Assembly: GCA_951406725.2 (NCBI GenBank)
Contig: OX597818.1
Location: 122,636,001 to 122,700,000 of the forward strand
Source: Octopus vulgaris
Lineage: Eukaryota
Length of the DNA stretch: 64,000 nt
Reading direction: 5' to 3'
The position numbers and the translations under genes are program-made. Position 1 is the stretch's first letter; every line of letters starts with the position of its first letter. The notes under the pieces were generated by a model. That model made no database searches, was not told the DNA's origin, and saw only the letters and a program-made list of their open reading frames with translations. Positions 26,349 through 38,594 of the stretch are shown here, in pieces.

Positions 26349-26550
26349 CAAATGTGACCTCGTGTGTACCGTTGGCGATTTTTTTCCTCTGTCTACCTTT
26401 CTCTGGATCTTTCCTTCTCCTATGTTTCCGATGAAAAGCTCCGCTCGAAACGTTAAACCCTCCTTCCTTCCTGAGCGTCTAATAATACTATATTTGTTCC
26501 ACGTCCACGCGCTGTTGTGTTTTTTTTTGTGCTTTCTTGTTTGGATTAAG
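26345..26550 (+). mobile_element. PLE-pLTR-like repeat with hammerhead variant (26424-26458)
   Basis: gttt-CCGATGA-aaagctccgctc-GAAA-cgtt-aaac; (TA)n on both sides. Confidence 0.65.
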
Positions 26551-27417
26551 TATATATATATATATATATATATATCACCTACTGTAATTTCGGAAGGACC
26601 GTCGTAGTTAGACTCTCAGTTCGATAATAGCACGAGTCGAGAGTCTAATGCGGATCTTGTATGAGCACGTATGTGTTAAATAAAATGAGATAACAAACCA
26701 AGGCTGTGTGGAATTTTTAGAACATTTATAAAGAGAATGTTAGTGATACAGCTATTTCTGGAATATTAGGATTATCCCTTTATCAGAGAGGATATGAGAG
26801 AGTTAAATAGAGGGATATAATAAAGTTCAATGTAAGGGGCTATTTTGGAAAATGCATGCATATAGGAAGTAAAAAGGAAAATATGAGAATAAAAGTAAAA
26901 ATAAAAATATATGGAGGGTGTTACAGTTGAAGTTATACCACAAGACCCATTTGAATGAACAGTACTTGTAATAACAAAATATGAACGTGTATCGGAATTT
27001 ACATACTATGGACAAGAAGCATTTCTACCCATTCTACACACCACTTTCCTTGGATGACAGTTTCCGAATGACAGTTCCGAGAGTCAAAGCGAAAGATCGC
27101 CATTCACTAGAAAATTAAAAAAGAAATATTAATATATTGTGCTTAACGAAAGATAAAATATAAACAACTTACATTTTTGAAATTACATTGAGTTAAAAAT
27201 ATTTCTAAAAGATTAAAATATTGTGAACATCAAAATGTCGACGTTTTTGTTTTTCTTAGATAGCGGGCGTGTATTTGTGTTCATTGACACGCCATTACAT
27301 TCCTTATATGTGTGTGTATTCTGTATGTGTGTATAATGTGGTAACGTCACGGAAGCCATGTTTTTTGTCGTCAAGAAATAACAAAGAAAAATTTTGTTTA
27401 ATCATTTTTATTAATAA

Positions 27418-28345
27418 ACTAGCTTAAGGTGACCCGCTCTACGCGCGGGTAAAAGTGTGGTTGTTACTTTCTGTTGCTTCCTTTCTACTTTTTATCACCA
27501 CATTCTCCCTCTTTGTTTCTCTCTCCTTTCTTTCTCACTTTCCCAGTCTCTTACTCTTCATTTCTCTCGGACTCTCCCTCACTTTCTCTTAATCTCTATC
27601 TTTCTCTATCTATATCTCTCCCATTTATAAACAACAAAAGATATTGAGTAAGTTGAGAAAGGAAATATTTTGAAAGATCAATCATAAATATCAGGCAGTG
27701 ACGACGGAAAGGTAAGCTTCAAGGCAGACAGCAAAACACTAACATTTAAAAGGGACAGACGAACTTGCGAGCTGAATAAAAATTTTTTTAAAATATTGGA
27801 AACCAAAGTTTGAAGGGATAGAATCTGAGGATCTGAGGATAGTAGAGTCACCATGGCTGGCATTTCTTAACGACGGAGAGCAACGTAGTGGCAGATTAAT
27901 GGCTGGCGTAAAATTTTGAACTTGATGTAAAAGAAAATTCCTAAACACCAAGTTTTGAAGTGATTCTTTCTCAGGACAGTAGATTCACCATGGCAAGCAT
28001 TCAAAACTTCTTCATGATGGACGGCAACACATTGAAGATTTAAGGGCTGGCGAAAATTTTTTATCTTGATATAACAGAGAATTCCTAAACACAAGCTCCT
28101 TTAAATTTTAATCCCCTTCCAGCCCCATTTGGACCCCTTTTCACATTTTGGTTAATATAATCCGATTTCTTTCGGGTCTAATCAGGTCACATTTTATAAG
28201 ATGAGGAATTTTGTCCTAGAGGTCACGCCTTTCATTTGAGGAAAAAAATAGTTGCCATGCAAACTCACCAGCACTTTTAACATAGGTGTGCATATTTTCA
28301 GCTAAACCGAACACATAATGCACACATTATATATTTATATATATA
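27418..28345 (+). mobile_element. Helentron-associated / DINE-1-like non-autonomous element (HINE-like)
   Basis: Starts ACTAG with subterminal hairpin ACCCGC(27432-37)/GCGGGT(27445-50), then a CT-rich tract, an internal ~145-bp tandem duplication, and ends in acac..tatatttatatata. Confidence 0.5.
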
Positions 28346-28374
28346 TGTGCATATATATATGTACATATATATAT

Positions 28375-28500
28375 GCACATGTGACCTCGTGTGTACCGTT
28401 GGCGATTTTTTTTCCTCTGTCTTCCCTTCTCTGGATCTTTCCTTCTCCTATGTTTCCGACGAAGAGCTCCGCTCGAAACGTTAAATTCTCCTTCTATCCT
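28375..28500 (+). mobile_element. PLE-pLTR-like repeat with hammerhead variant (28452-28485)
   Basis: gttt-CCGACGA-a-gagc-tcc-gctc-GAAA-cgtt-aaa; perfect stem II. Confidence 0.65.
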
Positions 28501-31325
28501 TATATGCGCATTATATATATATGTGTGTGTGTACGCATTATATATACAAATAATATATATATATATAAATACAGATATATACACTTTGTATATATACATT
28601 ATATATACATATTTATATATAGAACACACACACACACACACACATACATATATATATATAAATTAACCCAATAAATATCTGATTCATAATATTTGTTCTC
28701 ACGTTTGAGTGGTGGTGGAGGCGATAATAATTCTCTCTATGAATGCAGACAGACGTAGAAAGAGAGAGGTGATATGGAAGAAAGAGTGAAGGCGGCGGGG
28801 GAAAGATAGTAGACGTTGTCAAAGGACGTTATAAAGAGAATGTGAAAGGAAGGGAGGAAAGAGAGAGACACGAAGGAAGACATGCAGATAAGAGAATGAG
28901 CGTAGACTTGTCAAAGTGTGCGTTTTATGCCCTAGTAATGACACCTTTTAAGATAGGGATTTCTAAATTAGCTCAATCACATCCTCACCTCATTATAAAT
29001 AACCTTGCCCGCACTTGTGCCTCGGAGGCGACCTTCCTAGGTGCAATCCCATGGTCATGTATGACAGAAGGCGGTCTTTATACTTTACTCCACACATCCT
29101 ACCTAATCTTCCTGATCCATGTCTGCAGATATATCCATGTCTGCTTTTCAGATATGACACGCATTGAACTCAAATCTGTGTATGTGTGTATGTTTGTATG
29201 TGTGTTTGTATGTGTGTGTGTGTGTGAGAGAGAGAGAGAAAGAGAGTGTGTGTGTATTTGTATGTGTCGGTGTATGTGTATGAGTAAATGCATGTGTAGA
29301 ATATGGTACTCTTGTAAATAAAGTATAGAACTGTCTCCTGTGTGAATGAAGACGGTTTGAAATTCTCTAGTGTCGCTCGACCCCACAAAGTCTGTGTCCT
29401 TTTTAAGGTTATCTTTACATATCTTTCATCGAATTTATACCCAGCATCGATTCTACTACGATGTTTCGTATTAGATTAGGCGTCTCTGATACGAAACGTC
29501 GTAACAAAATCTGTGCTGGCTATAATTGCCAAAGAAGATCTGTTGAGAGAACCTGAATAAGTGATGCAAAGTGCACTGCTAACACAGTAGAATACAGTAT
29601 TATAAAAACATTTAATATACTTATAAAAACGTTTAATATGCTCTGTAGTATATTATAGTTGCATAAAGAAATATAGTCTCCCTACAGATCCTTAATACTG
29701 TTTCCTATTCCACGTTCCCCTTTGACATGATTTCAAGAACGGTCACGCTATGTTGTGTCGCTCTTTCGGCTAGAAATAGCTATTTTACCTCAAATCAGTC
29801 AATAGCATTTTTTTTTTTAAAAGGACAAGTTGTAAAATATCGTTCGGGGTTTTCTGTTCATAGAGAAGTTAAAGGATGATTGTTGCTAGAGTGCCTTTGA
29901 TAATGGTTAAATAGATTTTAGTTGCTGGATTTGGGTTGCTTTCGGGACAAGTAAGAAAACATCTATCAACAACTGCAAAAATATCTACATGTCATCAAAC
30001 GCGAGAATTGTATTCCTGATGTTCCAGCTGTGACCATCCATTCTTATTCATATATATCTATATTACACAATGTGTCTTTCTTCTCTTAATACGAAAGTTT
30101 AGGAATTCAGGGAGATCTGACTACTATTTCTGCAATAAAGGCAGCCTCGTTGATTCATTTCTGATCTGGTTGTTATATCTGTAATTTTGAACTGAACTCT
30201 GAAAGTTTATTGCTGTATTTCAGCCCCAGATCAGCTTTAAACTAGCAGACCTATTGTCAAAGGTATTCTTCTTGTGACTGTTACGTACCTTTTGTATATT
30301 TGAGATTAAACTGCAAACTTCTAATCGCTGTTTTATTAAAAAGAATTGTTGCTAGTGATTCAGACAGATTTGGCTACTACCCCTACCTGGTCGACGGAAA
30401 TGTTATCTCCTTTTATGGGAGGTAACTCGAGGCAGTAGCCGGTCAATGTATTTGTTAATCATCAAAATTCTATGAATGTAAATCTGTCTCCAGTCAATAT
30501 ATTCCTTAAGTTGAAGCTTATCTTGATCTGCAAAACATTTAGCCCACTGAAATACATGACTTCTGCGTGGCATAGTTTATTCTCTTTATTTGTAGGTATG
30601 TATCTTCGATTTGGGAATCGAAGACAGATATCTAACGATCATAAATACTCTCCAACAAACCACTCATTATGCTACGCGAATTGTCATTGACAGCACACAA
30701 ATCTATTGTTCTTTATTCCGTAATTAGATGATGTTCATTTGACCGACAGTAATCGTAGGAGTAACAATTTTAAAATGCAGTACATAAAGCAAAGAGACAA
30801 AAATAATTAACAGCCAGGTATGTGAATTAATACGGCTGTGATCGCCAATGGACAGAAAGCAGTTTCTCTGTCTAGGAAACAGTTGCCTTGGTAACTATGC
30901 TTCTACTGATATAAGCGATCGATTCAACAATATTTCAAAATCATAGCGACTTGGTATTTCTATGACTACGTAAACAAGACAGTGCAACATTATGTAGTCC
31001 GTATAATGTTCTGACCTATTCTATACACATGAGGTAAGCACACGTATGTGTATGTGTTGGTGCATGTGTTTCTGCGAGCTTGCATGAGTATGTGTGTATG
31101 TGTGTGTGTGTGTGCCAATAGATGTAGGTATACGTCTGTGCATACATACATATATGCATACATACAAAGATACATACATACAAACACACGCATATGCAAA
31201 CATACATACATACATACATGCAGAAGAAAATATATACACTTAAGTGGATGTGCTTACATGTATTAATCTATGTGTGTCTTTTGTCTTTCTGTCTGTCATT
31301 TGTCTGTCTGTCTGTGTGTAAATAT

Positions 31326-31400
<75 letters not shown>

Positions 31401-31406
<6 letters not shown>

Positions 31407-31678
31407 ATCACGTGACCGACCAGACCATCAGATGCACTTCGCATTGTTTTAGCCTTCGAATGACGTCACCCCGCTGGTTAGACGAGCAGGGCAACAGAAG
31501 AAAGAGTGAAGGAAAGAGTGGTGAAAGAGTACAGCAGGAATCACCACCCGCTGCCGGAGCCTCGTGGAACTTTAAGGTGCTTTCGCTCAATAAACACTCA
31601 CAACGCCCGGTCTGGGAATCGAAACCGCGATCCTACGACCGCGAGTCCGCTGCCCTAACCAGTGGGCCATTGCACCTC

Positions 31679-31681
<3 letters not shown>
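31401..31681 (-). mobile_element. tRNA-derived SINE family C
   Basis: Sense head tggaggtgcaatggcccactggttagggcagcggactcgcggtcgtaggatcgcggtttcgattccc (A and B boxes); inserted in (TA)n. Confidence 0.8.
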
Positions 31682-31753
<72 letters not shown>

Positions 31754-31789
31754 TGTCTCAACAATTCCTATTCATAAAGCAAAGGCAAC

Positions 31790-31992
31790 CTTGATTTACT
31801 GAATGCATTTGGGGTTCAAGCCATGTCATGGTCAGCAAGAAGTCCCGACCTTAATCTTATAGAGAATGCCTGTGGCTATCACACAAATGTTGTGTTCAGT
31901 GAAAGTAAGGAGTATTCATCTGTTGATGAAATTCAAGTGGCAATAAAGGAGGCCTGGGAAGAGCTTCTGCTTGATCAGTTGCATAAGTTGAT
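31790..31992 (+). pseudogene. Tc1 transposase fragment
   Basis: WSARSPDLNLIENA...AIKEAWEE..LHKLI. Confidence 0.75.
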
Positions 31993-32656
31993 ATGCATGC
32001 ATGCATGTATGTATGTATGTATGTATGTATGTATGTATGTATGTATGTATGCATATGCGTGTGTATGCATGTATGTATGTTTGTATGTATGCATATATTT
32101 ATGTATGTATAAGAAGCATAAAATGGAGAAACTGACATATAGACACCAAGTTATTAGAACGTAATACAATTCTGAACAATATCTAGCTCAATTTCATCTA
32201 CAGCCGTTTCCATGTCCAAGTGAATCAATTTGAAAAATTAAATTGAAGTAAATTAAATTAAATTTCCCTATCAAATATCGTTAATTGGGTATTTCATCAG
32301 GGGAAGAATTTAATGGAATAGAACTACATTCCGATGTGTTTTTTGATCCTTGATAGACTCAATATGTACGTTTCAGCAACCAATGTATTTAAAAATCCAC
32401 TACTAATGTATATGTAAATAGAAACTAGTTTAATGCTTTTGCGCGCGTGCGGCTTAATGTGTTGAAAAAAACAAAAACAAAATACCCGTTAGTTAGCTTA
32501 AACGATATTTCGATACGATTACTTTAAACTAGAAGCTAAAATACATTATTATCAATTATACTATCACTTATGATAGACCAAAATGTCGTTAACGTATTTA
32601 ATCGCTTAAAATATTTAATTATAAGTCACCCAGTTGCGATCTAGATATTATAGTTA

Positions 32657-32838
<182 letters not shown>

Positions 32839-33379
32839 TAATTTTTATTTTAAGATCATAGTTACGTATATGTAATATTAACATTATCTATTTGTGCGCG
32901 TGGGTGTTAATGCGTTGGAAGCTACTAGACTATAACGAATCATAACTGCTTACTAATGACCAGAATTGAATATTACGACATCAGTACTTGTACACAATGT
33001 ATTTACATATAATGTGGACAGATATACACAACCCTGACAGAGGAAAGCGCTAACGTTAACAAATGAAAATTAGTTAAATTAATAAATTAATAAAAGTGAA
33101 ATCATTATTGAATCAATACGCAGCATCTTTAACTTAAGATTACCAATTATTTTTTTAAAATATATTAATCAGATTCTTAAGATACGTATTTAGGTTAAAA
33201 TACCATTAATTTTTATATAATACAGTTAACTGTAAATAAAGCCATATATTAATACTTAATTTATATTTTACGATTATGATATCTAATAAGAATTATCTAA
33301 TATTTAGTTACATTTGTTAGTATATTAATCCTGAGACACCGCTTAAATATATAGTCCTGCTAACTTTAACATTGTATTG

Positions 33380-34980
33380 GATGGTAGGCTTTGAAAACAG
33401 GTTTATAGACGCGAACACCTTTGCTCTTTGAGTTAAGGAGTCTACATTTCAAATTTAAGATTTGGTATAATTCTTCAATGCAAAGAAAGCAAAAGGTATT
33501 GCCAATTTTATAGGCATTGGCCCTGCTTACTTACTCCCATTCCACAGTAATCATGTTTTCTTGTCCTTTATATCCCAAATAAACTTACTAAGACTAGCCT
33601 AAGACGAAGTATTATAATTATTATTAAATGTATAATTGGGACTAGCGGTGTGCTTTCATATAGTTTTTCGTAGCACCGATGTAAAAGAAATTCTTAACTC
33701 CAGAATTCACTTTACGTCTATACACTACGCTGTTTTGATAACAACAACTATTAAACAAACATTTATTTCTATCTTTGCAATCACAATATATATTTTCCTT
33801 TTTATTCATATTACTATTAGGATTCATATGATTTGATTCAGTATAAGTATTATTTACATCATTACTTCTATTCTTCAGGTTAAGATGCGATTTAAAGGTG
33901 GTTTAAGAGAATTATTTTTACATTTTTCAGTAACATTATTTCTTAGATTATAATCGTTGCATTTAGTCGGATAATTATTGTTAAAAAAATTGATAATTTC
34001 CTCTCCATACAGGAAGAAAAATCTGGAACATATTCTTAGAAACAAAAAAAAAAACACTCGGAAAAAAAACTGGCGTTAATTACATCATAATATCTATTTT
34101 CTTTGATAAAATACTTAGAAAAAGTTTGTATAAAGATCAAACTAGATTGCTCGTAATTTGTTAAGCGAATGGAACAATGAGCTAAATAAAATTATTCTTA
34201 TCAGAAATTACATTATAATTCTCAAAATTTTTAATTCTATTTTTATACAGAGTGGAGTGTGTCTTTTAATTCCATTATTCCTATTACTAATTTCATGAGC
34301 ATTATCCGATGTACGATGCAATAAATTGGTTTTCATATTTTATCTATATGGCGTTTATTTTTAATTACTTCGTTTTTGTCCTTACTTCTATTACTATAGG
34401 TTTCTTAAAAATTATAGCTATCGTGAGTGACTTCCATGTTATTATAGCCACTACTGTCATCATCTTGTGCACAATACTTTAAATTCTGGTTATAGGCAGC
34501 TTTGTTGAGGGCCATATTATAATAGGCAGTATTTTTGCTAAAAATATTGCAGTTGGATGATGAATTAGACATTCTTATAGATATATTGTAAACGAAGAAT
34601 TTATTTTTACAGAACAAGGATAATTATTTCCAATATTGATATATTTAACATTGGAGTTAAATATATCAATCGTAATGAAGTTTAGGTTAACATCTAGGAC
34701 GTTAACCGACTTATGTTCATTTTCAATTGTTATGAAGAGCCCTTGTTTTTTTAAACCCGGTAAAAAGGGCATTGACCCTATATAAACCTCTCACAAGCTC
34801 AGGAAAATCCATTCCTAAAATATAGGAAATATAAATATCTACTAAATCAGTAACTTGATCAGAATCTGAGGAACCCATAGCAATACCAAAACAGTCACAA
34901 CTATTTTCCTTAATCCAATGCTTGTTTTCAAACTCTATAACCATTCTTCTGGTAACTAAATAACGTTAATTTCTTCCATG
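33380..34980 (-). pseudogene. decayed Penelope-like element (Neptune-type RT + GIY-YIG endonuclease)
   Basis: RT: FGIAMGSSDSDQVTDLVDIYI..GLYR, VNVLDVNLN; EN: CDCKDRNKCLF..CYQNSVVY...FYIGAT, LSKFIW, CFLCIEE. Confidence 0.85.
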
Positions 34981-35019
34981 TTTAGATTGTAGTTATGATA
35001 GTAGTAGGATGTTACTATT

Positions 35020-36700
35020 ATCATACCATTACTCCACTCGAGATACAGAAAATGCCGACAAAAACAGACACAATCACTACCATAAATGAAGGAATACTGA
35101 AAGAACTCAACAAAATCAACACAAATCTGTTAACGTTTTTGAACAAATTCAACTCGACACATGAACCCAATCGAGAAAACAATGAGATAGACGATGCGAA
35201 AAATACAACCTCCGAAATCGTCGAAAACCTTGGAAACTTATGCAAAACAGAACATTCTTCTCTGACAACGCGAACCAATGACCTCCAAACGAGACAGCAT
35301 ATGGGATCAATACTCTGACAGCATACCAAAGGAAATACCACATAGTACCACAATGGAACAAATCACTCAGAGATAGAAAGTGCGCCTTTTGGAAGATGAT
35401 CCAAAACAACAAAGCGGATGTATACGAAAAATGGCTCAATCGGAAACCGTTAATTCTCCAGATCAAAGCCATTACAGATGAACCTCAAACACGAAGAGGC
35501 CTTAGAGAAAGAATGGCACTGGAAAAAATGAAAAATGGAAATAGAACTTTCAAAATTGAGGATCCAGACAAATGAAGGTAAAGTAAAATCTATCGATGAA
35601 GAGACCGACCAAGAAATTAGAAAAATGACCTAAGAGAAGATCTACAAAGTATGCAAAGAGGATTGAGATAAATAAGAACTGAAATGTCTCCAGCGCTGGG
35701 AGAAAAGCGCCTCTTGGTTCTCAAACTGTGAAACCAGCCTTCAAACCGAGCACTCTTCCAACAACCCTTTCCTGAAAATTTCAAAATCAAAACAACACTC
35801 AAACACTGCTTCATACCTATCTAAAAAACGGCCCCATCACTCCTACCAAAAAATAATTCAGGACCTCACCCTAACTTTGTAAGCCACCAGCGATACAATA
35901 GCGAGAGTATCTCAAATTCAAATAGAGAAAAGAAAAATCACTACCCGCCTGATAGACATTGCAAACTCCTCGCCACCATAAGGAGTTACCAACGAAATTT
36001 TCGTTCCAACAATCTCCTAAACAACCATGCACAACAAACCCGTACTACACGCAATAATTACCAACGACGGCTCCCTAAAATACCACATTCGAACATGAGA
36101 TATCGGGACAAACCTTTCAATACCGTTCTGAGAACCCACACCATAAATCACAACACAGCACCCCGCAACAATAAGGAACAACTACATAACGTCTACAGTC
36201 CAAACCACCGCAATAATTTTTTAGATACAATACGCAAACACGAGACAATACGAGACACAAGATAACACCAAACAGACAAGAGGAACCCAAAATGAAAAAA
36301 AAATATCAATCTACCTCAAAGAAATAAGAGCAAACCAAATCAATATACTCTCCAAAGGGATCAAGTTTACACCCACTCCACAACGCCCCAACTACAACGA
36401 AATGAAACAAGACATTGCGGAATTTTGTAGAAAATTACAACTTGCTGAGGATATATACGACAAATACGACGAGGACGAACGTTGGTCCGAAATAGAAGTA
36501 ACGACACCACCCTCAAAAGGTAAGAACGAAACTCTTGATCATTTCTGTGAACACATCTCGAATTACCCAAACACCATATGAACAAACAAAAACACAAACG
36601 AAACTTCAGCAAAAAAGAATGGGTTGAGCTGAACAAATTAAAAAAGGACAAAACAATAACAATCAAAGAGGCTGATCAAGGGAGTGCAATGAAACAGTCA
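35020..36700 (+). pseudogene. 5' part of a second Penelope-like element (N-terminal pol region plus upstream coding remnant)
   Basis: 36340-36690: ILSKGIKFTPTP..DIAEFCRKLQLAE..NFSKKEW..LKKDKTITIKEADQGSA (typical PLE pre-RT segment); A-rich decayed coding sequence upstream. Confidence 0.75.
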
Positions 36701-36811
36701 TCCAGGTATCTCTTCCAGTTATTTTCTATGTAGAGGGAGAATGGCCTGCCGTATTTTTGTAGAACATTACGATAAATCCTAATCTCATGACTAGGTTAGT
36801 TGAAAAAGTCT

Positions 36812-36846
<35 letters not shown>

Positions 36847-36955
36847 GACATATACATATGTAGTTCTTAAAGAGGACAACAAACAGTAATCCGTTACCGC
36901 ACTTACCTAGCTTACCTAGTCTTCCAGATCACCTATGAACTAAATCCACATATCT

Positions 36956-37004
<49 letters not shown>

Positions 37005-37005
37005 A

Positions 37006-38093
37006 CGAGGGGCGTTCAATAAGTAATGCCTCTGACCCACTTGCCGTTGATTTTGCATGTGTAATTATTTATATCTCTATAGATTAAGTGGCAAATTACA
37101 GCTCCGAACTAATAGAGGTTTCTGATTTACATGTGTTTGAAATGAGTCAAGTGGGAAATGGAGCCTGTTGAGTGTCGAGAAGTGATCCGGTTTTTGTATT
37201 TGAAATGACGCACACCACAGGAGACTTTTGATGAAATGAAAATAACTTATGGTGATGATGCCCCATCATATGACCTTGTATAACGCTGGCATCGTGAATT
37301 CAAACATGGTCGGAACTCTGTGGAAACAGCTCCCAGATCTGGTCGCACCCTTTCTGCCATTGATGAGGCATCTGTCCGTCAAGCTGAGGCTGCCATTTTG
37401 GAAAATGGACGCATAACTATTCGCCAAATAGCCCATGAGGTCAAGATTAGTACCGGGTCTGTGGAAACTATCATTCATGACCATTTGCATATGCAAAAGG
37501 TGTCTGCCAGAGGGATTCCCAGGTTGCTCACCCTTTTCCTGAAGCAAGAACGCGTCGAGTGCTCGAGGATGAATTTAGGGATGTGCCAAGAAGATGAGTC
37601 AAAGTTTTTCAAAAGACTGATTACACAGGATGAGACCTGGGTCCTTCACCATGATCCAGAGACCAAAGCCCAGTCAATGCAGTGGAAGCACCATGCCTCA
37701 CCTCCTACAAAGAAGGCAAGGGTGCAGCCCTCCGCTGGCAAGGTCATGCTCACAGTCTTCTGGGACCAGGCGTGCGGCTATGAACACTTCCCCCATCCCC
37801 CTACTCTCCTGACATTGCACCCTCAGATTTTCACCTCTTTCCAGCCATGAAGTTGTTTTTGAAAGGAAAGCGTTTCCCAGATGATGCAGCCTTGGTTTCT
37901 GAAGTAACGTCGTGGTTGAAGGACCAAGCTGGGGTCTTCTATGAAAACGGTCTCCAGAGCTGTATCAAACGATGGGAGAAATGCGTAACTCTGGGTTGTT
38001 CCTATGCTGAAAAAGACAAATGCCTGTGCCAAGTTTCGTTGCTCTACTGCTATGGGAAGTGGGTCAGGTGCATTACTTATTGAACGCCCCTCG
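37006..38093 (+). mobile_element. mariner (DD34D) transposon, internally deleted, non-autonomous
   Basis: TIRs CGAGGGGCGTTCAATAAGTAATGC, TA TSDs; ITQDETWV, KVMLTVFWD, PYSPD.APSDFHLF; lacks the QDNA segment. Confidence 0.95.
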
Positions 38094-38119
38094 TATGTGT
38101 ATGTATGTATGTATGTATG

Positions 38120-38150
<31 letters not shown>

Positions 38151-38407
38151 TGGATGGATGGATGGATGGATGCATACATGCATGTATGTGTGTGTCTGTG
38201 TGTAAAAGTGTAAAACCCAACTTCGGTCACAAATGACAATGGGATAGCATCTACAACATCCCCTCTGTGGCACAAGTCTGGGCAAAGACGTTCATGGAAG
38301 AGCAGCAGTCAACTATGCATACCAGCATTGCCTTTCCACGCCATACCTCCATGCAGGCGTACATATATATATATATGCATATATAGATTTACGTGTACTA
38401 CATACAT

Positions 38408-38445
<38 letters not shown>

Positions 38446-38548
38446 TACTTGGAGAAGAGAAATAACGCGTGCGTTCGGTCTTATAAATAAAATATATGCA
38501 TATATACATACATATATGTACATACTTACATCTACATGTATATATACA

Positions 38549-38588
<40 letters not shown>

Positions 38589-38594
<6 letters not shown>

